Assembly (NCBI GenBank): GCA_944326805.1
Contig: CALVFK010000001.1
Location: 83,856-147,855 of the forward strand
Source: an uncultured Massilimicrobiota sp.
GTDB taxonomy: Bacteria; Bacillota_I; Bacilli_A; Erysipelotrichales; Coprobacillaceae
DNA length: 64,000 bases
Direction: 5' to 3'
Positions 30,733 through 43,230 of this stretch are shown one piece after another. Numbering within the stretch: position 1 is the stretch's first letter; the number at the start of each line of letters is the position of its first letter. The notes under the pieces were generated by a model that did not search any database, was not told the origin of the DNA, and saw only the letters and a program-made list of their open reading frames with translations. The translations under genes were made by a program, and so were the position numbers.

Positions 30733-31347
30733 TTATATGTCTTCATTCATTCCATCTTGACCATAACAAAGCTGAAAAATATCCTGCCACAATTCATCAA
30801 TTCCAACTTTGCTCAAACTAGAGAAACGTACAAACATATCACCTTTTTGAAAATCTAAAGTTTCTTTTATGCGTTTTTCATTTTTCTTTAAATCATTGCG
30901 TTTCAACTTATCTTCTTTTGTAGCAACAACGATGACTGGTATTTGATAATATTTAGCATATTGATACATTTGAATATCATCATGAGTTGGTTTATGTCGA
31001 TAATCAACAATGAGAATCAAACCTCTTAATAATTCTCGATCTCTCAAATATGTATCAATCATATCAGCAAAACTTTCCTTTATCGCATCACTTACCTTCG
31101 CATAACCATAACCAGGTACATCTACAAGACAAATTTCATCATTAATATTAAAAAAATTTAATGTGCGTGTTTTTCCAGGTGTTCCAGATACTTTCGCAAG
31201 TTTTTGATGATTTGTAAGAGTATTAATTAAACTCGATTTTCCAACATTACTACGCCCAGCCAGACAAATTTCAGGCAAATCATGATCAGGCCACTGTGAT
31301 TTCCACGCAGCGCAAAGCAAAAACTGTGCTTTATTTACCTTATACAT
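30733..31347 (-). CDS. engB: Ribosome biogenesis GTPase YsxC/EngB
   Basis: GRSNVGKSSLIN, PGKT, DVPGYG, TKED. Confidence 0.96.
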   Translation of the reverse strand: MYKVNKAQFLLCAAWKSQWPDHDLPEICLAGRSNVGKSSLINTLTNHQKLAKVSGTPGKTRTLNFFNINDEICLVDVPGYGYAKVSDAIKESFADMIDTYLRDRELLRGLILIVDYRHKPTHDDIQMYQYAKYYQIPVIVVATKEDKLKRNDLKKNEKRIKETLDFQKGDMFVRFSSLSKVGIDELWQDIFQLCYGQDGMNEDI

Positions 31348-31392
31348 AGTCTTCTCCTTTCTAAAAAAGCTGCTGACTAAGCAGCAGCTCCA

Positions 31393-33717
31393 TTATTTCA
31401 CTAAAGCATTTTCTAAAACAGTATCAATGTTGTCTGCTAATATAATATTTAAATCTTTTTGAACAGACTGAGGAATATCATCAATATCTTTTTCGTTATC
31501 TTTAGGAATAATAATTGTACGAATACCACTACGATGTGCTGAAATAGATTTTTCCTTCAAACCTCCAATAGGAAGTACTTGACCTCTTAATGTAATTTCA
31601 CCCGTCATAGCAACATCATCTCGAACCGGACGATTACTGAAAGCTGATAAAATCGCAGTTGTCAATGTCACACCAGCACTAGGACCATCTTTTTTCACAG
31701 CTCCTTCTGGAACATGAATATGAATATCCTGTTTATCAAATTCAATATTTTCTAATCCATATTTTTGAGAATTAGCTTTCATATAATCTAAAGCAATAGA
31801 TGCTGATTCTTTCATCACATCACCTAACTGACCAGTAATAATGAATTTTCCACTACCTGCAAAGTGATTCACTTCAATTGGTAAGATATCTCCACCATAT
31901 TGTGTGTATGCCATTCCAGTGACCACACCAACTTGTGGTTTATCAAGTTTCTTTGTATGTTCAAACGGTGCTTTTCCAAGATATTCTGTTAAATCTTCAC
32001 TATTTAAAGATAATACCAGAGATTGATCTTTAAGTATTTTTAAAACAGATTTACGACAGATTTTCGCAATTAATCTTTCTAACTGTCTGACTCCTGCTTC
32101 ACGTGTGTAATGACGAATAACATACATCAATGCTTCATCACTGACGTGTAACTGTTCTGGTTTTAAACCATGGATTGCTAATTCTTTTTTTAGTAAATGT
32201 CTTTTCGCGATTTCTAATTTTTCCTGTTCTGTATAAGAAGAAATTTCAATGATTTCTAATCTATCTCTTAATGGTTCAGGAATACTTCCTAAATCATTTG
32301 CTGTGGCAATAAATAATACTTTTGATAAATCATAAGGTTCTTCTAAATAGTTATCAGAGAAAAATTGGTTTTGTTCAGGATCAAGAACTTCCAACATTGC
32401 ACTCGTTGGATCACCCTTATAATCACTAGACATCTTATCAATTTCATCTAATAGAAAGACCGGATTAATAACACCCGCTTTTTTCATACCTTGAATAATT
32501 CTTCCTGGCATAGAACCTAAATAAGTTCTACGATGTCCTCTAATTTCAGCTTCATCTCTTACACCGCCTAAAGAAGCTTTTACAAATTTTCTTCCTAAAG
32601 CTCTGGCAATAGATTTAGAAATAGAAGTTTTACCAACACCTGGTGGACCAACTAAACAAATAATTGGAGCATTTAAAGACTGTGTCATTTGTTTAACAGC
32701 TAAATGTTCAACAATTCTTTCCTTTGGTTTTTCTAATCCAAAATGATCTTCATTAAGAATTCTTTCCACTTCATTAATATCTTGTGTATCTTCTGTTTCT
32801 TGATACCATGGTGTTTTCATAACCCAATCAATATAAGTTCTGACAACATTTGCTTCTGAAGAAGCAGGTGGCATCATATCATAACGTTTTAATTCTTCTT
32901 CAATCTTATCTTTGATATGTTGAGGATAAGGCTGATTTTGAATTTCTTCACGAATATAATCTGTATCATCTTCTTTACTTGGTGTATCCCCAAGTTCTTC
33001 TTTAATAGCACGAAGTTTTTCTCTTAAGTAATATTCTCTTTGATTTTCATCAATACTTTCTTTGACCTTGATATTAATTTTTTCTTCAATCTCGTTAATT
33101 GTTTTTTCTTCTTCCATACTAGAAAGCACTAACAATAAACGTTTGTTGATATCACATTCAGATAAAATCTGTTGTTTTGTCTTTAATTCAACATTAATAT
33201 ATTGACCAATCGTATCAGCCAAAGCACTGGCACTCATTCCTTGAGATAAACTTGCAAAGACTTCACGTGGAAAGACCTGAAGATTTTTATGCATTGTCTG
33301 CATTTGATCAGTAATTTTTCTAACCAAAGCAATTTCTTCAGCACGATCACCATGAATATCTTCAAGATATCTTGTCTTCGCAAAAAGACAACCATCTCTT
33401 TCTTCAAGATTTAAGATTTCAACTCTTTTTTGACCTTCAACAGTCAATTTAATTGTTCCATGATTATCTCTTTTAATTCTTCTTTTAATCTTACATAATG
33501 TTCCATAATGATAAACATGATCAAAATCTGTATTTTCGTCAAGTGGATTTTTCTGAGAAATAAAGACTACATTTTCATCAAATTCATTCACACTTAATTC
33601 AATTGCTTTCAGACTAAAACTTCTTCCAACATCTAAAGAAATTTCATGAGATGGAAAAACAACCATCCCTCTGGTACAAATGACGGGTAAATCAACGACA
33701 ATATCTAATTCATCCAT
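31393..33717 (-). CDS. lon: Lon protease
   Basis: GPPGVGKTS, LLDEIDK, KDGPSAG, IGGLKEK. Confidence 0.98.
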   Translation of the reverse strand: MDELDIVVDLPVICTRGMVVFPSHEISLDVGRSFSLKAIELSVNEFDENVVFISQKNPLDENTDFDHVYHYGTLCKIKRRIKRDNHGTIKLTVEGQKRVEILNLEERDGCLFAKTRYLEDIHGDRAEEIALVRKITDQMQTMHKNLQVFPREVFASLSQGMSASALADTIGQYINVELKTKQQILSECDINKRLLLVLSSMEEEKTINEIEEKINIKVKESIDENQREYYLREKLRAIKEELGDTPSKEDDTDYIREEIQNQPYPQHIKDKIEEELKRYDMMPPASSEANVVRTYIDWVMKTPWYQETEDTQDINEVERILNEDHFGLEKPKERIVEHLAVKQMTQSLNAPIICLVGPPGVGKTSISKSIARALGRKFVKASLGGVRDEAEIRGHRRTYLGSMPGRIIQGMKKAGVINPVFLLDEIDKMSSDYKGDPTSAMLEVLDPEQNQFFSDNYLEEPYDLSKVLFIATANDLGSIPEPLRDRLEIIEISSYTEQEKLEIAKRHLLKKELAIHGLKPEQLHVSDEALMYVIRHYTREAGVRQLERLIAKICRKSVLKILKDQSLVLSLNSEDLTEYLGKAPFEHTKKLDKPQVGVVTGMAYTQYGGDILPIEVNHFAGSGKFIITGQLGDVMKESASIALDYMKANSQKYGLENIEFDKQDIHIHVPEGAVKKDGPSAGVTLTTAILSAFSNRPVRDDVAMTGEITLRGQVLPIGGLKEKSISAHRSGIRTIIIPKDNEKDIDDIPQSVQKDLNIILADNIDTVLENALVK

Positions 33718-33811
33718 AATTCATGACCTCCTTTGTATCTTCATTATTATATAGAATAATAACTCACTTGTCTATTCATATGTCTTAATAAAACAAGACG
33801 CTTGAAGCGTC

Positions 33812-35092
33812 TTATTTTACATTATCTTTAATCAATTGAACAGCTTTACGAGTTGCTAAATCATTTTTAATTTGTCCCAACTGTCCTTCAAAAAGTTTTT
33901 TCACTTCATCGAATTCTCTACCATAATAAGTAGCAATTTCTTTTACTTCTTCATCAACTTCATCATCGCTGACTTCGATATTTTCTGCTTTAACGATTTC
34001 AGATAAAATCAAATTAAATTTCACACGCTTTTCAGCTTGTTCTCTCATTTCATCTTTCATATCATCAAGTGTTTTTCCAGTTAATTGTTGGAATAAATCC
34101 ATTGTTAAACCTTGTTGAGATAAATTTTGTTCAACTTCTCTTAACATCAAATCAATTTCAGATTCAATCATCGCATCAGGAACTTCAAGTGGTGTATTTT
34201 CAATAACAGCATTGAAAATATCATCACTGAATTTAGCTTCAGCTTCATTTTGTTTTCTATTTTTGATTTGTTCTTTTGTATAAGTTTCAAGATCAGCTAA
34301 TGTTTCAACACCATCAATATTAACATCTTTTGCTAATTCATCATCAATTTCTGGTAAAACTTTAGATTTAATCTCATGAACTTTTACTTTAAAAGTTGCT
34401 TTTTGTCCAGCTAAATCAGCCATTTGATAATTTTCTGGGAAAGTCACTTCGATTTCTTTTTCTTCACCAATTCCCATTCCAATTAATTGTTCTTCAAAAC
34501 CAGGAATGAAAGATCCTGAACCAATTTCTAGTGGATGATTTTCACCTTTTCCACCTTCAAAAGCTACACCATCTTTAAATCCTTCAAAATCGATTACAGC
34601 AGTATCACCGTTTTCTACTTGACCTTCTTCTTTAATTACTAATTCAGCAAATTGATTTTGATAATTCTTTAATTCAGCTTCAATTTCTTTCTTTGTAACT
34701 TTCACTTGAGTCTTTTTTACTTCTAATCCTTTATACTGCCCTAATTTCACTTCTGGTGCAACTGGTGCAGTGACTGTTAATTTAAGTACTTCTTCTGAGA
34801 TTTCATCAATTTTAACTTCAGGTTGTCCTACTGGATGAATATCATTATCCAATAAAATACCTGAATAGTTTTGTTGTAAAATCATGTCAGTAGCTTCTTC
34901 TAAAATAGCTCCTTTACCAAGTCTGGCTTTAATCATTTGTTTAGGTACATGCCCTTTTCTAAAACCATCCATCTTGACATTTTTAGCTAATTTGTCTAAA
35001 GCTTTTTCTTGTGCTTTTTTCCATTCTTCAGTTGTGAAAGTTACTTTAACTTCCATCATTGATTTTTCAAGTTTATTACAAACTGTTTCCAT
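33812..35092 (-). CDS. tig: Trigger factor
   Basis: GFRKGHVP, IDFEG, FIPGFEEQL. Confidence 0.97.
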   Translation of the reverse strand: METVCNKLEKSMMEVKVTFTTEEWKKAQEKALDKLAKNVKMDGFRKGHVPKQMIKARLGKGAILEEATDMILQQNYSGILLDNDIHPVGQPEVKIDEISEEVLKLTVTAPVAPEVKLGQYKGLEVKKTQVKVTKKEIEAELKNYQNQFAELVIKEEGQVENGDTAVIDFEGFKDGVAFEGGKGENHPLEIGSGSFIPGFEEQLIGMGIGEEKEIEVTFPENYQMADLAGQKATFKVKVHEIKSKVLPEIDDELAKDVNIDGVETLADLETYTKEQIKNRKQNEAEAKFSDDIFNAVIENTPLEVPDAMIESEIDLMLREVEQNLSQQGLTMDLFQQLTGKTLDDMKDEMREQAEKRVKFNLILSEIVKAENIEVSDDEVDEEVKEIATYYGREFDEVKKLFEGQLGQIKNDLATRKAVQLIKDNVK

Positions 35093-35157
35093 TTATACTT
35101 CCTCCATTATTTCAACACGCTTATTATACATGAAACAATCTTATAATGCAACTCTTT

Positions 35158-36081
35158 TTAACACTCAACTTGTTTGAGTGCTAAAATTTGTTCTTCGATT
35201 GCTTCTAAATCACAATAATATAAAATCTCTAATTCTGACAAGTCAACATCTATTGAAAGCAATGTCGCAACATAATAATGTATAGCAGCCGCCCAGACAT
35301 TGAAATCCATCTCATCGATTTCCTGTGGATAGAATGAATACAATAGATATTCCAGATATTCTTGACATTGTTCAAAAAGTGATGGGTTTTCACTTTCCAA
35401 AGCATTTTCTAAATATTTCAAAATACCTTGATAGGCAAATTGTTCTAAAACCAGTGGCATATAACTTGGGTTGAAAGAATAATGTTGACCAAACTTCTCT
35501 ACTTCCATTTCTTCATCAACCTGTTGATCAATCATGATTTCAATCAACAATGTTTTTGCAAAGAAATGTTTATGAGGGTCAATAAGATATTCCCTTATCG
35601 TTGGAATCAGCATACGCACATTTAATTGCTGTAACTGGTCAATAGCCATATATAACAAATCTTCATTACAATCTTTTTTATTTAATAACTGTTCAATTTC
35701 TTCTACAGAAAAGATTTGATTTTGACTTTCCACTTCATATCTTGCTTCTTTCTTTTCTAGCAAAAGTTCATCATAAGCCGTATTAAATAAGTTTTCATAT
35801 TGATAAGGAATATAAGGCATAGATAATTCTTCAATGAGAAGATCAATTGCTTCTTCATAATATCCTAATTCCTTTAATGCCATGATATACATTGATACCA
35901 CATCATAATAAGTCTCTTTTGCTAAGGATTTCGCATGGATACCTTCTACCCTGGCCTTTTCATATTCACCAAGTCCAATAAAGCACACAAGTCTTAAATA
36001 TCTTGTTTTTTCATCATTCATATCACGAAGATGATCTAAGGCTTGAAGATATTCACCATTTTCAATCAATTCTTCAATCAT
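35158..36081 (-). CDS. TPR-like protein (YsoA/DUF3196-like) upstream of tig
   Basis: Helical acidic protein with EELSMPYIP motif; occupies the ysoA position. Confidence 0.55.
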   Translation of the reverse strand: MIEELIENGEYLQALDHLRDMNDEKTRYLRLVCFIGLGEYEKARVEGIHAKSLAKETYYDVVSMYIMALKELGYYEEAIDLLIEELSMPYIPYQYENLFNTAYDELLLEKKEARYEVESQNQIFSVEEIEQLLNKKDCNEDLLYMAIDQLQQLNVRMLIPTIREYLIDPHKHFFAKTLLIEIMIDQQVDEEMEVEKFGQHYSFNPSYMPLVLEQFAYQGILKYLENALESENPSLFEQCQEYLEYLLYSFYPQEIDEMDFNVWAAAIHYYVATLLSIDVDLSELEILYYCDLEAIEEQILALKQVEC

Positions 36082-36210
36082 TTTTATCACCCCTTTGACT
36101 TGTACGTGATATTCTATCAAAGTTCTTGTATTTAATCAAACCATTTTTACTTGTTTTGTTTTATTTTCTCTAAAAAACTGTTATACATTAACATGCATAA
36201 CAGTTTTCTT

Positions 36211-37329
36211 TTATTCATCACCAAAGCAAACACCAATTGCTTTAGCAGCACGAACCAATTCACCATCAGGATCAACACGTTTTTGTTTACCAAATTTAGC
36301 ATCACCAATAACTTCTTCCAAAGACGTATAATCCATTTGTTCACCATGAAGTGTTACAACATTACCAAACAATCCCTCATCAATCAATTCACATGCTTTG
36401 ACACCAAAACGAATAGATAAAATTCTATCATACGGACTAATATCCCCACCACGAATAATATGTCCTGGATTGACAGAACGAACTTCATGATTAGGAATCA
36501 CCTTTTCCAAATCATCAGCAACTTTTGCTGCCAGACCACTATAGCGAACTGGATCAGGAGAATCTTCTACAATTTTACCAATAACTTTTGTTCCATCAGC
36601 ATATTTAGCACCTTCAGCAACAGCAATAACAGTATATGGCAATCCTTGTTCATCACGTTTTGCAATATGTTTCGCAATATTTTCAATTGTAAAAGGAATT
36701 TCAGGAATCAGACATACCCCAGCATTTCCAGCCAAACCAGAATACAAAGCAATCCATCCAGCATCTCTTCCCATTAATTCACAACAAATGACACGATGAT
36801 GTGATTTAGCAGTTGTCTGTAAACGATCAATAAATTCTGTTCCAACACTCATAGCACTAATGAATCCATAAGTTAAGTCTGTACTAGATAAATCATTGTC
36901 CATTGTTTTAGGAACACCTATAACTTGTACACCTTTTCTTGAAAAATCTCTGGCACTCGTTAAAGTTCCATCTCCACCTAAAACAACAAGAACATCAACA
37001 CCAGCCTTTTTCAAGTTTTCAACACCAACATCGCTGACGTCTTTTTTGACCTTTCCGCCTTTTCCATCATCAACCAAATAATCAAAAAGATTATCTTTAT
37101 TAGAACTATAAAGAATAGTTCCACCTTCTTTATAAATACTTTCAACTTTTTCTTCTGTTAATTCAATATAATTATTGTTATATAAACCACGATAACCATA
37201 AACATAGCCAATAACTTCCCAACCATATTTACGAATAGCAGTTTTTGTAATCGTTCTAATCACTGCATTTAATCCTGGGCAATCCCCACCACCAGAAAGC
37301 AATGCAATTCTTTTCACTTTCTTTTCCAT
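36211..37329 (-). CDS. pfkA: 6-phosphofructokinase, group III type
   Basis: SGGGDCPGLNAVIR, GGDG, PKTMDND, MGRDAG. Confidence 0.9.
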   Translation of the reverse strand: MEKKVKRIALLSGGGDCPGLNAVIRTITKTAIRKYGWEVIGYVYGYRGLYNNNYIELTEEKVESIYKEGGTILYSSNKDNLFDYLVDDGKGGKVKKDVSDVGVENLKKAGVDVLVVLGGDGTLTSARDFSRKGVQVIGVPKTMDNDLSSTDLTYGFISAMSVGTEFIDRLQTTAKSHHRVICCELMGRDAGWIALYSGLAGNAGVCLIPEIPFTIENIAKHIAKRDEQGLPYTVIAVAEGAKYADGTKVIGKIVEDSPDPVRYSGLAAKVADDLEKVIPNHEVRSVNPGHIIRGGDISPYDRILSIRFGVKACELIDEGLFGNVVTLHGEQMDYTSLEEVIGDAKFGKQKRVDPDGELVRAAKAIGVCFGDE

Positions 37330-37398
37330 ATCAATAACCTCCACCTTTATTTTCCATTTTTCATTATAATAAAAATTAGCACAGAAAACAACAAAAAA

Positions 37399-37412
37399 TG
37401 AATACGTTTACA
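37399..37412. promoter_or_regulatory. cre-like (CcpA/LacI-type) operator upstream of the pfk -35
   Basis: TGAATACGTTTACA, one mismatch to TGWAANCGNTNWCA; 7 bp upstream of TTGTTT-17-TATAAT. Confidence 0.6.
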
Positions 37413-37443
37413 ATTTTTTTGTAAAAAATAAAAGTTAGAAATG

Positions 37444-37998
37444 TTATTTTTGTTGTAAACATTCCATAACTTTTTTGACAGGCAATCCTATAACATTATC
37501 TAAATCACCAACAATATGATCCACAAAGCAATTGGCTTTACCTTGAATACCATAGGCTCCAGCTTTACCAACCCACTCTTTTGAAGCAAGATAATCTGGA
37601 ATTAACGAATGAATATCACGAAAATAAACTTCTGTTTTTTCGCAGAACATGAAGACATCTTGTCCAAAATAAATAGCAACACCTGTATAAACAGCATGCT
37701 TTTGGTTGGAAAGACGTTCTAAAATATGTCTTGCCATTTGTTCATCTTGAGCTTTCCCAATGACTTCATTTTCAAAATAAACAACTGTATCTGCTCCAAT
37801 AACAATATCATTAGGATATTTTTGATGAATTGGAAAAGCTTTTCTTCGTGCCAAATCACAAAGTCTTTCTTCAATAGGTAATGATTCATTAAGCGTTTCA
37901 TCTATAAAAGAAGCATCGACTATAAAGTCAATGCCTTCTCTTTCCAGCAATTCCTTTCTTCTAGGTGAAGTACTTGCTAAAATAATTTTTTTACTCAT
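37444..37998 (-). CDS. maf: Maf-family nucleotide pyrophosphatase
   Basis: [36 protein letters not shown]; start overlaps the pnp stop (alternative start 38004). Confidence 0.93.
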   Translation of the reverse strand: MSKKIILASTSPRRKELLEREGIDFIVDASFIDETLNESLPIEERLCDLARRKAFPIHQKYPNDIVIGADTVVYFENEVIGKAQDEQMARHILERLSNQKHAVYTGVAIYFGQDVFMFCEKTEVYFRDIHSLIPDYLASKEWVGKAGAYGIQGKANCFVDHIVGDLDNVIGLPVKKVMECLQQK

Positions 37999-40129
37999 GT
38001 TCATTATCTTTCTTATCTTCTTTATGTATTGGCTTAGGTAATAATGCTTTTCTTGAAACATTAACACCTTTATCTGTAATCTTTGTCACTTTCACTTTAA
38101 TAACATCACCTAATTTTAATACATCAGAAGCTTTATGAACACGTTCATGAGCGATATCACCTACATGTAAGAATCCATTTGTTCCTTCAAACAACTCTAC
38201 AAATGCATACTTATCTTCTACACGAACAACTTTTCCATCATAGATTTCACCTACTTGAGCTCTTCTCACAATATTTTCAATCAATTTAGCAGCAGTCTCA
38301 ATGGCTTCTTGATCATAATGGTAAATAGTAACACGACCATCTTGTTCAATATCAATTTTAACATCATTTGATTTTTCAATAATTTCATTAATTGTTTTTC
38401 CACCAGTTCCAATAACATCTTTGATTTGATCTGGTTCAATTTTCATCATATAAACTTTTGGAGCGTAAGGACTCAAATGATCTCTTGGTTCACTGATAGC
38501 TGACATCATACATTCCATAATTTGTTGACGCCCCACCTTCGCCTGAGCTAAAGCTTCCTGTAAAATTTCTTTTGTAATTCCATCAATTTTGATATCCATC
38601 TGCAATGCACAAATTCCATTTTTTGTTCCAGCAACTTTAAAATCCATATCTCCTAAATGATCTTCCATACCTTGAATATCAGTTAAAATTGTATAATCAT
38701 CACCTTTTTTCACAAGTCCCATAGCGACACCACTGACAGGATTGCTAATAGGCACACCAGCAGCCATTAATGCCATCGAAGATGCACAAATAGAAGCCTG
38801 TGATGATGAACCATTAGATTCCAACACTTCAGAAACAACACGAATAGTATATGGGAATTCTTCTTCATTAGGAATGACTTGAGCTAAGGCTCTTTCACCT
38901 AAAGCTCCATGACCAATTTCACGACGACCAGGTGCTCCCATTCTTCCTGTTTCACCAACTGAATATGGTGGGAAATTATAATGGTGCATAAAACGTTTTT
39001 GATCTTCTAATCCTAATCCGTCAATTTTTTGATGTTCTCCTAAAGCACCTAATGTACAAACAGACAATACCTGTGTTTCTCCACGCGTAAATAAAGCAGA
39101 CCCATGTACTCTAGGCAATAAATCTACTTGAGCATCTAAAGGACGCACTTCATCAATACGTCTACCATCTGGACGTACTTTATCTTCAGTAATTAATCTT
39201 CTGACTTCATCTTTTTCTAAATCATGTAAAACAATTTTGACTTGTTTTAAAACAGCTTCCTGTTCTTTTAAATCTGTGTATTCTCTAGCTTCAAATAAAG
39301 CAATGACTTCTTCATTAATCTCATCAATAGCTGCATATCTTTCCAACTTACCAGGTATAGATACAGCTGCAATCATTCTTTCTTTAGCAAGCCCTGTCAC
39401 TTCATCAACAATATTTTGATCTAACTCGAATAATGGAATTTCAATTTTTTCTTTTCCATATAAAGTTACAATTTCTTCTTCAAAAGCAATCAATTGTTTA
39501 ATAGCTTCATGTCCAAACATCAAAGCATTTAACATTGTTTCTTCATCCACTTCTTTAGCATCCGCTTCAACCATATTAATAGCTTCTTTTGTTCCAGCGA
39601 CTTCAAGATTAATTAAACTTCTTTCCATTTCTTCTGGACCTGCATTAATCGTAAATTCACCATCAATCAATCCCACATTGACCCCAGCAATCGGTCCATT
39701 AAATGGAATATCTGATAAGCATAATGCCAATGATGCTCCTAGCATTGCTGCCATTTCTGGTGATGCATTCTGATCAACAGACAACACTGTATTCACAACT
39801 TGAACTTCATTTCTAAAACCATCAGCAAATAAAGGTCTAATTGGTCTATCAATCATACGCGCTGTTAAAGTTCCGTGCTCGCTAGGACGACCTTCTCTTT
39901 TTAAGAAACCTCCTGGAATTTTACCAACAGAATATAATTTTTCCTCATATGTAACTGTCAAAGGAAAAAAATCAACGTCTTTTGGTTCTTTTCCGGCAAC
40001 AGCAGTAGACAAAATCACAGTATCATCATATCTCACTAAAACCGAACCATTAGCCTGTTTAGCTAATTCCCCTGTTTCAACAGTGATTTTTTTTCCATAA
40101 AAATCTAAACTCATTACATGTTTCGACAT
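37991..40129 (-). CDS. pnp: Polyribonucleotide nucleotidyltransferase (PNPase)
   Basis: [33 protein letters not shown] and S1 domains. Confidence 0.98.
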   Translation of the reverse strand: MSKHVMSLDFYGKKITVETGELAKQANGSVLVRYDDTVILSTAVAGKEPKDVDFFPLTVTYEEKLYSVGKIPGGFLKREGRPSEHGTLTARMIDRPIRPLFADGFRNEVQVVNTVLSVDQNASPEMAAMLGASLALCLSDIPFNGPIAGVNVGLIDGEFTINAGPEEMERSLINLEVAGTKEAINMVEADAKEVDEETMLNALMFGHEAIKQLIAFEEEIVTLYGKEKIEIPLFELDQNIVDEVTGLAKERMIAAVSIPGKLERYAAIDEINEEVIALFEAREYTDLKEQEAVLKQVKIVLHDLEKDEVRRLITEDKVRPDGRRIDEVRPLDAQVDLLPRVHGSALFTRGETQVLSVCTLGALGEHQKIDGLGLEDQKRFMHHYNFPPYSVGETGRMGAPGRREIGHGALGERALAQVIPNEEEFPYTIRVVSEVLESNGSSSQASICASSMALMAAGVPISNPVSGVAMGLVKKGDDYTILTDIQGMEDHLGDMDFKVAGTKNGICALQMDIKIDGITKEILQEALAQAKVGRQQIMECMMSAISEPRDHLSPYAPKVYMMKIEPDQIKDVIGTGGKTINEIIEKSNDVKIDIEQDGRVTIYHYDQEAIETAAKLIENIVRRAQVGEIYDGKVVRVEDKYAFVELFEGTNGFLHVGDIAHERVHKASDVLKLGDVIKVKVTKITDKGVNVSRKALLPKPIHKEDKKDNEHE

Positions 40130-40258
40130 ATTATCATTTCACCTCATTCATTATCTTTGTCATTATAGCATATTTTTATTTAATAACAAAACATTTCTTC
40201 ATGATATTTTCTATTCAATCATTTATTCCAAAAGAAAAGATATTCACTATGAATATCC

Positions 40259-40525
40259 TTATCTTCTTAAACCTAATTTGTCAACTAATGCTGTATATCT
40301 ATCAAGGTCTTTATTTTTTAAGTATTTCAATAAATCTCTTCTTCTACCGATTTTCTTTAAAAGACCTCTATTTGAATGATAATCTTTTTTATGAACTTTA
40401 AAATGTTCATTTAATTTGTTAATATCTGCAGTTAATACAGCGATTTGTACTTCTGGAGAACCTGTATCTCCTTCTTTAGTTGCATATTCTTTCATAATAG
40501 CAGTTTTTTCTTCTTTAGTTAACAT
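40259..40525 (-). CDS. rpsO: 30S ribosomal protein S15
   Basis: [21 protein letters not shown]. Confidence 0.98.
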   Translation of the reverse strand: MLTKEEKTAIMKEYATKEGDTGSPEVQIAVLTADINKLNEHFKVHKKDYHSNRGLLKKIGRRRDLLKYLKNKDLDRYTALVDKLGLRR

Positions 40526-40551
40526 GTGTTTTCCTCCTTATATTCTACTTA

Positions 40552-40598
40552 GCTATGTCCAAGAAATAGGTCGAGGACTCTTACATCCTAGATATAGC
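40552..40598 (-). promoter_or_regulatory. rpsO leader stem (putative S15 autoregulatory RNA)
   Basis: GCUAUAUCUAGGA pairs with UCUUGGACAUAGC (one mismatch, two GU pairs) between promoter TTGACT-16-TATAAT and the RBS. Confidence 0.55.
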
Positions 40599-40652
40599 CG
40601 CATCTGTTATTATAAAGAAAGTATTGAAAAAGTCAAGATATTTCTAAAAAAT

Positions 40653-41513
40653 TCATTCTTTATTTCTGATTTCCTGTTTTGTAATGACCAAAGCAAAAAT
40701 CAATAATAAAAAACTTATAAAATGGATAAAATCAAAAGATTCCTGTAAAAAAACAAGTGATTCCAAATACGTAAAAATAGGATTCAAACTGAGAAAAAAA
40801 CTTGTCTGAACCGCTCCAATTTGCGCTATTGATTTCATATATGTCACTTGTATATAAGCAAAACCCACACCTGATATTATTAAGAATAATCCCCATTGCC
40901 ATAAAGGCAATGTCAACAAACGATCAAATGCTAATTGTCCGTCCACCCAGCTATGTATCCATAAGAAAAGTGAACCATATAACAATTCATAAAAAGTAAA
41001 ACTGATACTATGTTCAATATGCCACTTTTGAATAAGAATATTCCCTAAAATATACAATGACATTCCTGCCAGCAAATAATAAAAACCACTTTGTATTGAA
41101 AAAATTTGAAAACGAATAGACAAGAAAAAAGCAAACAAAGATAAAAACATTCCAATCCTTTCTTTGAAAGAAAGATGATATTTCAAAAACAACAAAGAAA
41201 AAAGAAAAGTGATTGTTGGAGATAAAGCATTCATTAGTGCATTATCAATACCTTTGACTTGATTCATTCCTATAAATGTTAAAAAGAAATTAAGATATAT
41301 GGATAAAAGTGAAATGATTAATATTTTCTTTTTATTAAAATGAGATAAAGGTATATGATGAAAATATACATAAACACCTAAAAAAAAGAAAGAAAATAAA
41401 ACACGAAGAAAAGCCAAAAAAAGAAACGGAAGATGTTGAAGCAATAATTTCATAACAATAATATTACTACCCCAAAAGAAACTGGCAAGAAACAACTGAA
41501 AATAAATGGACAT
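40653..41513 (-). CDS. DMT/EamA-family transporter
   Basis: FFWGSN, LAFLR, ALSP, SLNPIF repeats; about 10 TM. Confidence 0.85.
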   Translation of the reverse strand: MSIYFQLFLASFFWGSNIIVMKLLLQHLPFLFLAFLRVLFSFFFLGVYVYFHHIPLSHFNKKKILIISLLSIYLNFFLTFIGMNQVKGIDNALMNALSPTITFLFSLLFLKYHLSFKERIGMFLSLFAFFLSIRFQIFSIQSGFYYLLAGMSLYILGNILIQKWHIEHSISFTFYELLYGSLFLWIHSWVDGQLAFDRLLTLPLWQWGLFLIISGVGFAYIQVTYMKSIAQIGAVQTSFFLSLNPIFTYLESLVFLQESFDFIHFISFLLLIFALVITKQEIRNKE

Positions 41514-41528
41514 ACAATTCACCCAAAT

Positions 41529-41557
41529 TAGTATGTCCATTCTTTATTCATTTATTC
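41529..41557 (-). promoter_or_regulatory. sigmaG-type promoter of the DMT transporter
   Basis: GAATA-N17-CATACTA. Confidence 0.55.
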
Positions 41558-41561
41558 ACTT

Positions 41562-43230
<1,669 letters not shown>

